NCBI RefSeq assembly: GCF_001194135.2 | Contig: NC_068984.1 | Location: 46,547,731 to 46,611,730 of the forward strand | DNA from: Octopus bimaculoides | Taxonomy: Eukaryota | Direction of reading: 5' to 3' | Length of the DNA stretch: 64,000 bases | Part shown: in pieces, positions 26,262 to 39,219 of the stretch | Layout of the letters: each line of letters opens with the position of its first letter | Numbering within the stretch: the stretch's first letter is position 1 | Made by a program: the position numbers and the translations under genes | The notes under the pieces: generated by a model | What the model was told of the DNA's origin: nothing | The model's database searches: none | The model's input: only the letters and a program-made list of their open reading frames with translations

Positions 26262-27830
26262 TGAGAGGTTTTCCAGTGTGATTATTTCCGTACTTTTTTA
26301 AAACTTTCCATGATCCCTCTGTCCTTGGTGTTGAGGTAGTATATAAGTTTAAGTGAAAGACAACCATATTCTATTTATGAGGAATTTGAAACTCTATGGC
26401 AACGATGACATACAATTGAGTTCTTTAGTGAACAGCGTCCACTGTTTTAGAGCTAACCTTAAGATGGAATTCAGACTCAAGAAGTGCGGTGTAATGAGTC
26501 TCAAAAGAAGAAAAGTGGGGTCCCGGGTAGGAACAGAATTACCAATATTGAAAAAATAATGAAACGAATTGGAAATGAAGGCTATAAGTAGCCTGGGATA
26601 CAAGAGTTTAAATATATCATGGTGAAGAAAATTAAAGATAATCTGAAGAAAGAGTACTTCCGATTAGTGTTGCGCTCAAAATTAACCAGATGGAATAAAT
26701 TCCAAGCAGTAGATATATAAGCGATAGTGTAACTTAGGCGTGGAGCTGGTACCATAAACTAGGAAAGAATGAGAATAGATACGAAGACAAAGAAATATTG
26801 CTATTGCATGGATCATTCCATCCAATGAGTGACAGTGATCGACTGTACTTGACTATAAGAAAGGACTTGTGAGGTTTCATCAGTTAACAGGTCTGTGTTG
26901 AATCAGTGGAAATCAGTTTAGCTTGGTGTGTAAAAAATGCCGTATAACTATTGCTGACGCTTGTGAAGAAGTCTGGTAAAATCAAAACTGATAATTGTCT
27001 TGAGACAGCAAAATTTATAAACGGAAAAAAAAACACGAAAACTCTAATGGTATAGAAGGAAATAAAATAGCATAGAACGAAAAAAGTACGAAAAAAGTAC
27101 GAAGATAATAAATGCAGAAGGCCAGTGGTTATGGATGCAGAGGAGTGTCTTGAAGATACAAACAGATGCAGTATAATGTGCGGCACAAGTACAAGCATTA
27201 AGGAGAAACTATGTGAAGTGCAGAATTGATAAAGTAACAGAGTTCCACAAATGTAGAATGTGTGATGAGCGGATTGAAATAGCGTGGCACGTAGCAGATG
27301 CCCGAAACTGGCACATCTTAAATAAAAATGATGAAATGTCATTGTGGCATGAATGATTCACTGACCAAATCCCGGAGGGAGTTATTGAGAATGAGGATAA
27401 CAAAACCTTGTGAGATGCAATGATTCAGTGTGACCATCAATTTAAACGTCGTAAAACGGACATTGTTGTAGAGAACAGAAAAGGGAAATCACGCCTGATA
27501 ATTGACACAGCATGTTATGGTGACAAGAGGATTGAAGAGAAACAAGAATAAAATGTAAACAACTACGACAAATTGAAATGGGAAACACGCAGGTTGTGTG
27601 CATTGAAGAAAGGGAACGTGATAGAAATAGCGTTTCGTGCATTTGAAAGTGTGAGCACCCAAATACCAGTATGGCTTAAAAAGAATGGAACGAATATAAA
27701 GATGGAACACGTTCAAAGATAATCATTATTTGGAATTGTAAGAGTTCTTCGCATTGTTCTTGATAAAAGATCAGTAAACAAGTATCATATAACCTTAGTC
27801 TGCTGGCTATGGACAGCTGAATCTTTCCCT
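26262..27830 (+). mobile_element. Dong/R4-clade LINE, old and decayed (end of RT to REL)
   Basis: NHILFMRNLKLY...MEFRLKKC, CRIDKV...KCRMC, IQCDHQFKRRKTDIVV...LIIDTAC, EHVQKIII; many stops and frameshifts. Confidence 0.8.
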
Positions 27831-30346
27831 CATAACCCGCGGCTATATGACTAGGTTTGTATTATCTCGGGTAGACAAGTGTGTATCATAGTACAGTATT
27901 AATAAAATTGTATCATTTATACTAACAGACTGGTACCTGTATTTCTGTCATTTAAGTAAATTTCATGTGTTTAATTTACTGTTTTGAGAAAGCTGACCAC
28001 CCCTTGTTAAGAAAAGTCAGTAGCCCTGAATGGATTTGGAACGACAAGTTTCTTAGAATTTATGCTGTACCTGTATGTATGTATGTATGTATGTATGCAT
28101 TTTTATCGGCATGTACACATACATACGCAAGCAGAGGCACACACGCACATACACACATACGTGTATAGATATTGTAAAATTATTAACAATTAACAAAAGC
28201 AGCACAGGAAGAAGAAAGTATGGCAAATATCATATGAAATTACCAATTTGAAGGGCGAAATCATAAAGACGTTTCAGAATTTAGTACTTTATCAAACAGT
28301 AAGAAAGAAGGATAAAGTTTGCGGCGGTATAGAGATATTGAAAACAGACATTCGCGCACATCTATAAAACTGTTGGAGATGCATCAGAATGAATTCCCAT
28401 TGTAGAAGGTACAGTGTTGGAGCTCAGTGATGGTTTTGATGTTACAGAAGAAAGGTGAATATGGTAGCGGGGACAGTATTAAGGAATGGACCCGAGAAAT
28501 AGACGGGTTGTGAAGAAGAATGTGCAGTAGTTATGTAGCCTCCATAGTTTGCAGGTTCTTAAATCAAGAACGGTTTGGGTGGAAATGAGTGAAAATGTCA
28601 GATTGGAAGCAATGGATGGGTCCTCAGATCGAGAAGCAGGATGGTATTGTAATAGCAAAATGGAAGAGTTCACAGTGTGTTGGGTTTTAAACGTGAAGCA
28701 TGATGTCTGGTGCGCATTTAATTTGACAAGTGCGTGAGATTAGCAGCTTGAATGAGGGGGTCAGTACATAATCGCGTTAAATAAATAGCAAGAAAATATA
28801 CTGAGCCTGAAAGTTAAGATTGCTACTAATATTTGTATATGTGTGTATCTGTTTGCGTGCGTGTGTGTATATGTGCTTGCATAGGTACATGTGCATGGAT
28901 GTGTATGTATACATATATCTAAACACACTAAACTTTAGTAGTTAACCACCTCACTTTATACAGCTAAAATATTAATTCGTTTGCGTACAGCACTAGAAAT
29001 ATAGTGTATGTAGTGGAACACTTAACTTAATCACGCATATCGTATGGCTGGCACATTTTGATCAATCAGGGCAATTTGTATTTCAAATCCAACTCCGATA
29101 CAATATAAACCAAGAAGAACGATGTTGGCAATATTAAATAATTTATACGTTAGTGTTCACATTGTGTTTTTCCACCATAAATAGCAACGGAATAACTATC
29201 AAATCCCATGCGACTGCTTTCAAAAAGACACTCTCGTCCACAGCATAGTCCGAGGCATACAAAACAACATTCCAGATATTTAATCTGAATGTTATACTTT
29301 ATTCCAATACTGCACATTTTAATGGAGCTGGCTAAGAGTTGGTTTGTTAACCTCAGATGAGGCCGGTAGTAATTCGGCCGACTGAAAAAGAAAGAATTGC
29401 ATATTCTACCTCAAATGGATATAAAATGAGTATCTAGTATGAATGCATTTTGTTACACACACTTCCATTTTTCTTACCCAAACAACATATAGCAATAGGA
29501 ATATTGATTATACACTTTATCTGTCAGTGTCCTTGAGCTATAATGCATGAACATCACACAATCCTAGTCCACTCCTCTTCTGTTAAACTTCATTGCCTTC
29601 TGACTAAGAAATCAATAATGATTATAACGATTAGAATGACAACAAAATTAGTAATGCGGACAATGGTGATGAAGATCACGGTTATAATGGTGATTACTGC
29701 AATGGCGTTGACAAAGATTATGTCGGTAATGATGATGATGACGAAGATGAGAATGATGTTGGTGAGGGTGGTGGCATGGTGATATAAGGAGGGTGAGGAT
29801 GATACTGTTGCTGATGGTGATGATAAAGAGGCCATTAAATTGCTTAGAGCCCTTCCGTTTGTCAGTCTATCTATTAAGATGATAAGTACTTTACTGTATA
29901 CAATTAATAAATGAGTGACAGTCGCTGTAAAATAAACAAGAGCATCCAAGGAAATCAAAAGAGATTCTTACATCTGGCCCATTGAGTATATCTATGATTC
30001 ATGCTGCATTATTTTGATAGATGAAAGGACTTTCATAACGTAGAAAACAATAACAGAAACAAAAGCAAGCCTAAACAGATGAAAACGGATATGAAGTAAA
30101 TAGTAATATCAAACTACAACAAGAGTAATATAAGAATACTTACGTAGTTGACGGTTGAATGTTGACGAAATAGGAAGCATAACACATTTTAGTATAGGTT
30201 CTAACATAACAATGCTTCCTCAAGTAATCTTGGCGTGTGTAATTAAGTGTGGGTATTGAAAACACACATGAAGAACAACAATAAAAACAACTAATCATAA
30301 CAAGGAAGACTATAACATTAATAACAGCACTACAACCATACGACTA

Positions 30347-30500
30347 TCACTGCCACCACCACTGCCGCCACCGACGTCGACGCCACCGACGCCGACGCCA
30401 CCGACGCCAACGCCACCGACGCCAACGCCGACGCCACCACCACCAACAACAACAACAACAAAAACAACATTGGTAATAATAATAATAATAATAATAATAA
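30347..30500 (+). repeat. GC-rich compound trinucleotide tract (CCA/CCG/CGA/CAA) grading into (TAA)n
   Basis: Read directly. Confidence 0.9.
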
Positions 30501-31345
30501 CTATTTATTGGACTAAGACCGACATATACGGGACAATACAATACACGGGGACAGTGGGAGTTTTACACAAAACAATGAGTAAACAATTAGGAAAACAAAA
30601 ACAATATACATTTAATAAGAAAATTATAACATTGAAAACTCCTCCATGGGTGGATAACGACACATGGTTGGCTCAGGTACCCAACCAAACCTAAGCTACC
30701 CGACGTTTCGAGGGTACTCGGGGAGGGCATCTCTCTTATCAAATTCACTAGCCTACAGGCGCATTATTAGAGTAGATCCACTTCCACGGGCCATATTCAC
30801 TACATTCACCCACATTTCAGCAAATGTGCTGTGGGGCAACACTTCTCTCTCCACCTACATCTCACTTCTCTCTCCACCTACATCTTCATTTCTAAGTGAA
30901 ATTTGAAAAAAAAAGTGATGAGGGATTGGCCGAAGAGAAAAGTGTCTGTCTTCAGTCCTTTTAACCTTGTTTATCATATAACCTCTTTCGCTACTCACCA
31001 AATAGAGGAAAATTGCCAGCCCTTCCTGGCCAAAGAAAAGCGGCTGGTTGATCTTCACTATGGACTCTGCCGATGGCCGGATACGCCCTGCACGCGACAA
31101 CAGCTGTTCGACATTACTCAAAGTATGGTCTGCCTCTCGCTATGAAGTCGGTGTCATTCCTGATATATCTCAGCTCAGCTTCAACAGCTGCTTGTGCTTT
31201 TAACGCCGCCTTATTCGTCTCTGCTGCGATGCATCTGAAATGTACCGTTCCTCTCTCTACTCTTTCAATGGCTTCTGTTGGAATAGGTAGGTTGGCCCAG
31301 GTTTGCTAGTGTTTGATGACTTTCCAGGATTGGGCAACTTTTGAT
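30501..31345 (-). mobile_element. Tx1-clade LINE with a large internal deletion (ORF1 N-part fused to ORF2 C-terminus and 3' UTR)
   Basis: 31345-31125 translates QTWANLPIPTEAIE...AQAAVEAELRYIRNDTDFI, homologous to ORF1 at 22340-22160. It continues into VEQLLSRAGRIRPSAESIVKI...EGLAIFLYLV and TFAEMWVNVVNMARGSGSTLIMRL*, then a UTR ending CAATAAATAG. Confidence 0.8.
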
Positions 31346-31430
31346 CTTTGTGAGGTTTAGGCTTAATTGTAATCTCATTTTGGCTGTTGCCGCTGCAAAG
31401 TGTTCTTTTTTTTTGTTGGTCATATTGGTA

Positions 31431-31625
31431 TCGTTGTTGTTGTTGTTACTGTTGCAGCTACTGCTGCTGCTGCTGCCGTTGCTGTCTATCGTATTGTTGG
31501 TGTTTGTACTACTACTACTACTACTGCTGCTTCTGCTGCTGCTTCTGCTGCTGCTGCTGCTGCTGCGACTACTACTACTACTACTACTACTACTACTGCT
31601 GCTACTGCTGCTGCTGCTGGCACTG
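31431..31625 (+). repeat. Compound trinucleotide tract (GTT/GCT/ACT)
   Basis: Read directly. Confidence 0.95.
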
Positions 31626-32114
31626 ATGATAGCAATGGAGATGGTTGTGTTTTCGCTTGCATTGTTTATGTTTGAAATTTTCTTCTCTTGTTTGTTCGGT
31701 GGCAAATGTTAGGAAAGAAGCAAAGGGAATTAATTTTCATACGTTCCACGTGCGATATTGTTGTTAATGTTGTTATTGTTGTTATTGTTGTTGCTGCTGC
31801 TGTTGTTGATGTTGTTGCTACAGCAGTCGCATTCTTTTCCAGCATGGCTGTTCTGTTTTGCAGATAATCCGCTGTTCATTTCAACAGTTTTTGCTCGACA
31901 TTTTTGATTTTTGCGAAATAAAAAGCACAAAAAAAAAAGACAGTGGCATTGTAACCCAAGCAAATCCCTAAATAGCTCATAAGGGCTCCAAATGGGAAAG
32001 AATTAATCAGTTCCTCAAGTCCTGGTTTGTTTAACTAAGTAACAATAATAAATTTACAATGTAAAACCATGTATACCAATATGGATAATAGCAAGCGCGT
32101 GTCGAAAGACGAGC

Positions 32115-32158
<44 letters not shown>

Positions 32159-32165
32159 TAATAAT

Positions 32166-32203
<38 letters not shown>

Positions 32204-32213
32204 CCGCAACAGT

Positions 32214-32245
<32 letters not shown>
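32115..32245 (+). repeat. (AAT)n-(AAC)n-(AAT)n microsatellite
   Basis: Read directly. Confidence 0.97.
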
Positions 32246-32247
<2 letters not shown>

Positions 32248-32249
32248 GT

Positions 32250-32480
32250 TTCAAATTCTGATTACGTCGTCCCAATGCTCGACCGGTACTTATTATGCTC
32301 GACCGGTACTTATTATGCTCGACCGGTACTTATGCTCGACCGGTACTTATTTTATTGAGTCCACAAAGATGAAGAGCAAAGTCAGACATCAGTGGTATTT
32401 GAAATCAACGCAGAGCAACGGAAAAGATATGCTGCTAAGCGTTTCACCCGGCGTACTAACGAGTCTGCCAGCTCATCACC
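32250..32480 (-). mobile_element. SINE family A with an internal 20-bp minisatellite expansion
   Basis: AAGATGAAGAGCAAAGTC...GCTAAGCGTTTCACCCGGCGTACTAACGAGTCTGCCAGCTCA; TGCTCGACCGGTACTTA(TTA) occurs four times at 32276-32356. Confidence 0.85.
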
Positions 32481-32519
32481 TCAATAAGGATGATGATGAT
32501 GATTATGATGGTAGTTTCA

Positions 32520-32615
32520 AATGTTGACACAAGGCCAGCAATTTCTAGGGGAGGGGTTAAATCTATTACTGGTGCTACTTATTTTATCGACCACGAAAGG
32601 ATGAAAGGCATGTTG
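32520..32615 (-). mobile_element. SINE family A, 3' part
   Basis: GACACAAGGCCAGCAATTT...TACTTATTTTATCGACCACGAAAGGATGAAAGGC. Confidence 0.8.
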
Positions 32616-32907
32616 ATCTCGGTGGAATTTGGGTTTATTAATTAACACAAGGGCTTAATTCAATTTAAAAAAAAAAAAGCAACTGACGAAAGTGTTAGAA
32701 CCATGAGAGAATATATTAAATTATATAAATAACAGGGTAGGGGAAAAAGAGCTGATGAAATGCATTGCATGATATTTAATGATTAATTCCACACCCGTAA
32801 GATTCTTTTGCATTGCAACTGGCAACCAGTATCCAACATCGCCTGAACAACTAATTATGATAACAAAGGGAGAAATATGCGATTTTCTCCTTGTTTACGT
32901 GTTATGA

Positions 32908-33294
32908 GTGGAGGCGCAATGACCTAGTGGTTAGGGCAGCGGACTCGCGGTCATAGGATCGCGGTTTCGATTCCAAGATCGGCCGTTGTGAGTGTTTATT
33001 GAGCGAAAACACTTAAAGCTCCACGAGACTCCGGCAGGGGATGGTGGCGAACCCTGCTGTACTCTTTCAACACAACTTTTTCTCACTCTTACTTCCTGTT
33101 TCTGTTGTACCTGTATTTCAAAGGGACAGCCTTGTCACACTGTGTCCCGCTGAATATTCCCGAGAAATACGTTAAGGGTACACGTGTCTGTGGAGTGCTC
33201 AACCACTTGCACGTTAATTTCACGAGCAGGCTGTTCCGTTGATCAGATCAACTGGAACCCTCAACATCGTAAGCGACGGAGTGCCAACAACACA
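32908..33294 (+). mobile_element. tRNA(Arg-like)-derived SINE, family C, full length with 11-bp TSD
   Basis: Head GGAGGCGCAATGACCTAGTGGTTAGGGCAGCGGACTCGCGG...GTTTCGATTCC (A and B boxes, TCG loop); TSD ACGTGTTATGA at 32897-32907 and 33295-33305. Confidence 0.95.
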
Positions 33295-33486
33295 ACGTGT
33301 TATGAATGACTCAGGCAAGAAGTTCATTTCCCTGGGCACCTATATCTAATAAGTTACGTTGTTGCTGCTAAATCGTTCAGGTTTGTAGTTTCTCTTTACT
33401 TACCACACTTCTGAAAGAATGCCTTAACAATCGCTATTACGTAGCTTATAATAAGTTGTTCTAAAACTGAAATATCCCAGATTATA

Positions 33487-33760
33487 GTCGCAGACGTGGT
33501 TGCGTGGTAAGAAGTTTCCTTCTCAACCACGTTGTTTCGGGTTACGTCCCACTGAGACGTTAGCAAAAGGCACATGCTTTCTACTATGGCCTCGGGCCGA
33601 TCAAAACCTAATGAATATTGTGTGTGTGTGTGTTTTTTTTTTTTCTGTATTTTTCCACCACCACCAGTTGGCAACTTCATTCAACTAATAATCCTTTTAA
33701 CCCGATGCTCTAGCATGGCCGCAGTCTAATGAATGAAACAAGTAAAAGATAAAAGATAAA
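33487..33760 (+). mobile_element. SINE family B, diverged
   Basis: GTGGTTGCGTGGTAAGAAGTTTCC...CTACTATGGCCTCGGGCCGA...CTAGCATGGCCGCAGTCTAATGAATGAAACAAGTAAAAGATAAAAG. Confidence 0.85.
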
Positions 33761-34431
33761 CGGTATTTTTCATGTTTGATTTGACAACGATGATCTTGTT
33801 AATTTTTTTTTTCTTATACATCTGTATTGCATAAATTCTTAAAGCTTGTATATAATTAAGTGTATAGTTTTTAGTGTATAATGTGCGATGTTATGTGAAA
33901 TGAAATTTGCGCTTTCAAATTTTGTTTTTTCTACGTGTGCTTACGTCCATTTTAATTTACTTTTGAAGGGATGTTGTTATTTGACGAGAAAGCATTCTGA
34001 GTTTTATAAAGCAAAAATATAAATGAAAGTAAATTCAAAATACCAGAGACTGTTTTTTCCAGTGTTATTTATCGTCTTCTCAAGAATTTTAGATTATATG
34101 ACATCGTATCCAGTAGAAGTTTCAAAATCTTTCGAACGAGTCGATGGTGTATCTTCTTCCAGATAGTAGTAGTAGTAGCAGTCTTAATGAAATTACTAAA
34201 AAAAATGTATCTACTCAAAGAAATGAAGTAATAGATAGAAGACTCACCGTCAGTTGCTTGCACTCGTTCTTTTATATTACCCACTAAGTCGTCAGTACAC
34301 TTCTAAGTACCTTACTCTTTACAATGTATATTCCAACCACAAAAAGCTCGGGGTCATTCATTTAAATAATCTTGTATCGGTATATGAGAAACTGATTCTG
34401 TGTCCTCGTCTCAGATATATTTCCTCAGACT

Positions 34432-34810
34432 GTGGAGGCGCAGTGGCCCAGTGGTTAGGGCAGCAGACTCGCGGTCGTAGGATCGCGGTTTCGATTCCCA
34501 GACCCGGCGTTGTGAGTGTTTATTGAGCAAAAACACTTAAAGCTCCACAAGGCTCCGGCGGGGGATGGTAGCGAACCTTGCTGTACTCTTTTACCACAAC
34601 TTTTTCTCACTCTTCCTGTTTCTGTTGTACCTGTATTTCAAAGGGACCAGCCTTGTCACACTGTGTCACGCTGAATCTCCTCGAGAACTACGTTAAGGGT
34701 ACACGTGTCTGTGGAGTGCTCAGCTACTTGCACGTTAATTTCCCGAGCAGGCTGTTCCGTTGACCGGATCAACTGGAACCCTCGTCGTCGTAACTGACGG
34801 AGTGCCAACC
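34432..34810 (+). mobile_element. SINE family C, full length with 13-bp TSD
   Basis: Colinear and highly similar to 32908-33294; TSD ATTTCCTCAGACT at 34419-34431 and 34811-34823. Confidence 0.95.
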
Positions 34811-35475
34811 ATTTCCTCAGACTCGAAGGTACATTTTTTTGCGATATGCCAATATCACATTTGTTTCTATGACCAGATTTCATCTATATTTAAAATCTTC
34901 CTCCTTCCCTCGTAATACTGGTTGTTGTCAGTACGGTTTTGAATGTCGTACAAATATATCATATTGTTGAAATTTTTAAATCTTTCACGAGAGTTTGTGT
35001 TTTCGGATATCTATTTGTAACTGCTACTCTTGTTAATGCCTGTCCCGTATTTCAATGCAACTTTTAAATTCAAATTTTTCGTTTCTAATTACAGTTCATA
35101 ATTTTTTCTAAACATTGGTATTATTTAATTATTTTCTTTAGTATGGACAATATATATTTTCCTCAGTTTTCGTAATTGGAGAAACCATATTAGATAAAAT
35201 ATAAAGACAAGGAATATCTTTACATTAAAAATATTCAATAGAAGAGAGGACATATTTGTTTCCTAGATATTGAGATAAATATCCACACGCAAAGCATATT
35301 TCTATAGGTGTTCATCCAATAAAACTTCTTAATGATGCAATTTTCTTATTGCTTGACATGTCCTGCTCTGCCAGCGCACAACAACTAAAGCAACAAAAAT
35401 AGTAATATAAGTAAAAATAAGAATCACAACCGTTATAGGTAACAATGATGAGGATTATTATTATCTTAATAATTG

Positions 35476-35671
35476 TTCTACAATAGGCACAAGACTTGTA
35501 GTTACGTAGGATTGGGTTAGTCGATTACATCAATTCCATTATTCTACTGTTACTTATATTGTAAGCCTAGAAAGGAGGAACAGCAAAAGTGACCACGGTG
35601 ACATTTTGAGCTCAGAAAAGACGGACGAAATGTTACTAAGCGTGCTAACGATTCTGCCAGCTCATCGCTTT
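35476..35671 (-). mobile_element. SINE family A
   Basis: ATAGGCACAAG...TCGATTACATC...GTGCTAACGATTCTGCCAGCTCATCGCTTT. Confidence 0.85.
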
Positions 35672-35673
35672 GA

Positions 35674-35683
<10 letters not shown>

Positions 35684-35760
<77 letters not shown>
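35684..35760 (+). repeat. (ACT)n-(AAT)n microsatellite
   Basis: Read directly. Confidence 0.97.
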
Positions 35761-35762
<2 letters not shown>

Positions 35763-36051
35763 TCTATTCACCAATCTGCTGCCCGACTATTCCATTACAA
35801 TGGTAGTGGGGGTGATGGTGATAATGATAAAAAATTATAATAATAGGCTGCAGCTGCTGATACTAAATACTACTACTACGGCTAAAAAATTATACTACAA
35901 CTACTACTATTATAATAGTACAGGGATCTGAGGCACAACTACCACCCTTATCACTACTGTTGCTGTTGCTGCAACCACTGCTACTATTACACATAAAAAC
36001 CAGTGATATCAGTGACGATAATAACAAAATAATAATAACAATAATAATAAC

Positions 36052-36115
<64 letters not shown>

Positions 36116-36117
<2 letters not shown>

Positions 36118-37185
36118 AAGCAAACAAGCTGATGTCGACCAGAAACGCACGCATCAGTGGTTACGAAGTTCAGGGCTAAAAGGAGAGAGTGAAGGTTTCA
36201 TATTGGCTGCTCAAGACCAAAGCTTATTAACCAGGAACTACCAAGCCAATGTGATAAAAAATGGAGCTGACCCAAAATGCCGATTTTGTAACGATGCGAT
36301 TGAAACTATAGACCACCTAATCTCAGGGTGTAGAGTCTTAGCACNNNNNNNNNNNNNNNNNNNNNNNNNNNNNNNNNNNNNNNNNNNNNNNNNNNNNNNN
36401 NNNNNNNNNNNNNNNNNNNNNNNNNNNNNNNNNNNNNNNNNNNNNNNNNNNNNNNNNNNNNNNNNNNNNNNNNNNNNNNNNNNNNNNNNNNNNNNNNNNN
36501 NNNNNNNNNNNNNNNNNNNNNNNNNNNNNNNNNNNNNNNNNNNNNNNNNNNNNNNNNNNNNNNNNNNNNNNNNNNNNNNNNNNNNNNNNNNNNNNNNNNN
36601 NNNNNNNNNNNNNNNNNNNNNNNNNNNNNNNNNNNNNNNNNNNNNNNNNNNNNNNNNNNNNNNNNNNNNNNNNNNNNNNNNNNNNNNNNNNNNNNNNNNN
36701 NNNNNNNNNNNATCATAAAAGATCAGACAAAGAAGACGTGTTTATTAATTGACATGAGCAGTCCCTCTGATCATAATATAGCGGCGAAAGAATTTGACAA
36801 GATCAGTAAATATAAAGACTTGCTAATAGAAATTGAAAAAAATGGGGCACCTCAAGGCGACTACCATACCAGTGATTGTAGGATCTCTAGGAATGTTTAA
36901 AAAAAAGGTACTGAAACCTATTTGAAAATGATACCAGGCTTACCATGTCTACAGGAAGTGCAAACAATCGTGCTAACTGGAACGGCTCATGTACTGAGAA
37001 GAGCATTATCGCTGTGAAAACAACATCCACTCATGAACTTTTTCTTGTCTTAAATACATGTTTTACTTGTGAATTTGCGTGTGTGAACTGGGAATGCATA
37101 CAACGAGTTTCTCTGCCCTAGATGTACGGAAAACACTCGCCGAGAAATGGAAGAAAATTTGAAGAAAGAAGAAAAAAAAACAACA
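36116..37185 (+). mobile_element. Dong/R4-clade LINE 3' fragment (CCHC finger, REL, 3' UTR), interrupted by a gap
   Basis: QWLRSSGLKGESEGFILAAQDQSLLTRNY...CRFC...ETIDHLISGC [gap] CLLIDMS...KYKDLLIEIEK...IPVIVGSLG...HVLRRALSL*; (AAT)n upstream (~36040-36115) and an ATA repeat downstream. Confidence 0.92.
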
Positions 37186-37239
37186 TAATAATAATAATAA
37201 TGATAATAATGAAAGAAAACGGGTGGAGTCTCCTTATGG

Positions 37240-39140
37240 GGTAATAATAATACATCTAGTGATGGTGTCATCACAATAAAAACACTGGTTATGGCGAAAC
37301 CTGATAATCGCTACCTCATATGAGTGACAATGAATAAAAAAATATTGTAAATAACGGTGGCATTGAAACTGAAGCCAATGATGGTGACAGTGTTACACCC
37401 GATAGGCTCAGAGATTCTGGTCCGGCTCCAGCCAGTCGATATCCAGAAAGGGACCACCACACACAGCGTAGATGGAGCAAGCAAATTAATGCTGTGGTCA
37501 TGGAGTGTTACTACCTGTGGTAGATTAAAATGGTGCTCAAATTATGGGTTACCGACAGCGTATGTATGATCATTGGGGAGAAAAGGGATTGTTTCAACAC
37601 ACGGGACAGAGACTATGTGATCAAGCTAGAGCAATAAGAAAAAATTGTTTGTTCACAGAAGTAGAACTCGAAACTATCAAAAGACGGGTCATGAACAATA
37701 GCAGCAGAGATAAGAATGAAAATACAGCTCTTACTAATAAGAGTAATTCTCAATCTCATAGCACAGGAAAGGAGCAGTGGTAGCTTACTTGATGAGAGAC
37801 ATATAGATGATCTAAAAGAAGACGATAAAAGTAATAGCGACATGACAGATGAACAAAAGGCAATCTCCGACAGAATAACGGTAAGACTAGAGGAGAACGA
37901 TAACGACATTATTTGCAACCTTAAAAGGGTTGATCGATGGAAACTGAACCAAGACGCGAAAATGTCAATGACATTCTGAAATACATCAGAACAAACAACA
38001 TTACGAAACAAATAATTTGATCAAGGCAGCAAGTATTGTTGTAGCAGAAAATGTGGGTGTCGATGTCAAGTAAAGGAAACATAATGGAAGTGACAAAAGA
38101 AAAGATGCATGGTGGAAAAGAAGAATCCAGGCAGTGTTTGTGCTCTGGAAGGAAATCTCTGTGTTAGACCGAAAAGAGAAGGGGGAGCTTAAAAGCAAAT
38201 AAAAATACAGGGTGCAGAAAAGGAAGTATAACATTGAAAGAAAAAGCCCGAAAGTAGTAGTGGAGGAATTGAAACAGCGCCTCGTTGCAAAGAAAGCAAA
38301 GATGATAAGATACGACTAAAGTCTGAAGGGTTACCACCAGAATAGGTTATTTAGAGTAAATCAGAAGAGATTCTATAAAGAAATAAATGGAGGGTGTACA
38401 GATGAAAAGTTGATATCAGATAACATTGAAAGTCAAAGGTTTTGGAGTGGTACCAAGGTTGGTCAGGCTTGTGTAGGATGAAAGATTGCAAAGATACAGC
38501 ACTATACAAGAAATTGAAAACGAATGAAACTGAAAATAGGTGGATAAAGAAACGAATGCATGGTCAATTTCATAGGAATGTTGAAGATAAGGCAGACAGA
38601 GAAAAAAGATGGCTGTAGATGGCTAAGAGTGATTTAAAACCGGAAGCGGAGCGTCTAATCTGTGCTGCAGAAGAACAAGCACTAAGAACAAACTACATAA
38701 AATACAGAATAGACAGCACATCAGAAAGCGATAAGTGCAGAATCTGCGGACAAAACGGTGAAACCGTATGACATATACTCCAGAAGGAGTATAAGAGACG
38801 CCATGACAATATAGCCAGGCTTGTCCATTGGACACTTTGCAAAAAGTGTGGACTTGACGGAGCAAAAAATTCGTACGACCGCAAACATGAAGGCATTGTC
38901 GAAAATAGAAATGCAAAGACCCTATGGGATTTTATGTTTCAGTGCGACCATGAATAGGAAGCCGGACATAGTTTTAATTGAGAAAGAAAACTAACTTTTC
39001 TGGATCATAGACATAGCATGCCCAGCTGACAACAAGGTATGCAATAAGGAGGAAAGAAAAGTCGAGAGATATGACAGGTTAGCTTGGGAAGTTAAGCAGT
39101 TGTTTTACAAACAGCAATTATTCCTGTGGTAATTAATGCA
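37240..39140 (+). mobile_element. Dong/R4-clade LINE with N-terminus joined to C-terminus (RT domain deleted)
   Basis: RRWSKQINAVVMECYY...GYRQRMYDHW...QRLCDQARAIRKN...ELETI (R4/Dong N-terminus) ... ELKQRL...NRLF..NQKRFY...SQRFWSG. At ~38455 it switches to sequence matching 5330-5900 (RMHGQF...CRIC...RKPDIV...IIDIACP). Confidence 0.88.
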
Positions 39141-39219
39141 ATCATTCTGCCCGGGGTTCCAACGATTCTGCTAGTTCGGCGTCTATGAAATGATAATTAT
39201 GGTAATTATTATCACCAGG

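Noticed and set aside
28200-28760. Possible old L2/CR1 fragment on the minus strand (KLNAHQT...)
   Set aside because: Only one weak motif; not supportable without a search.
29351-29390. CAGATGA-GGCCG-loop-CGGCC-GACTGAAA hammerhead-like string
   Set aside because: Stem II is good, but both core segments deviate and no stem I or III can be drawn; at best a relic.
32908-32985. tRNA-Arg-like gene (also 34432-34510)
   Set aside because: Head of a SINE with body, tail and TSDs; the acceptor stem is not intact.
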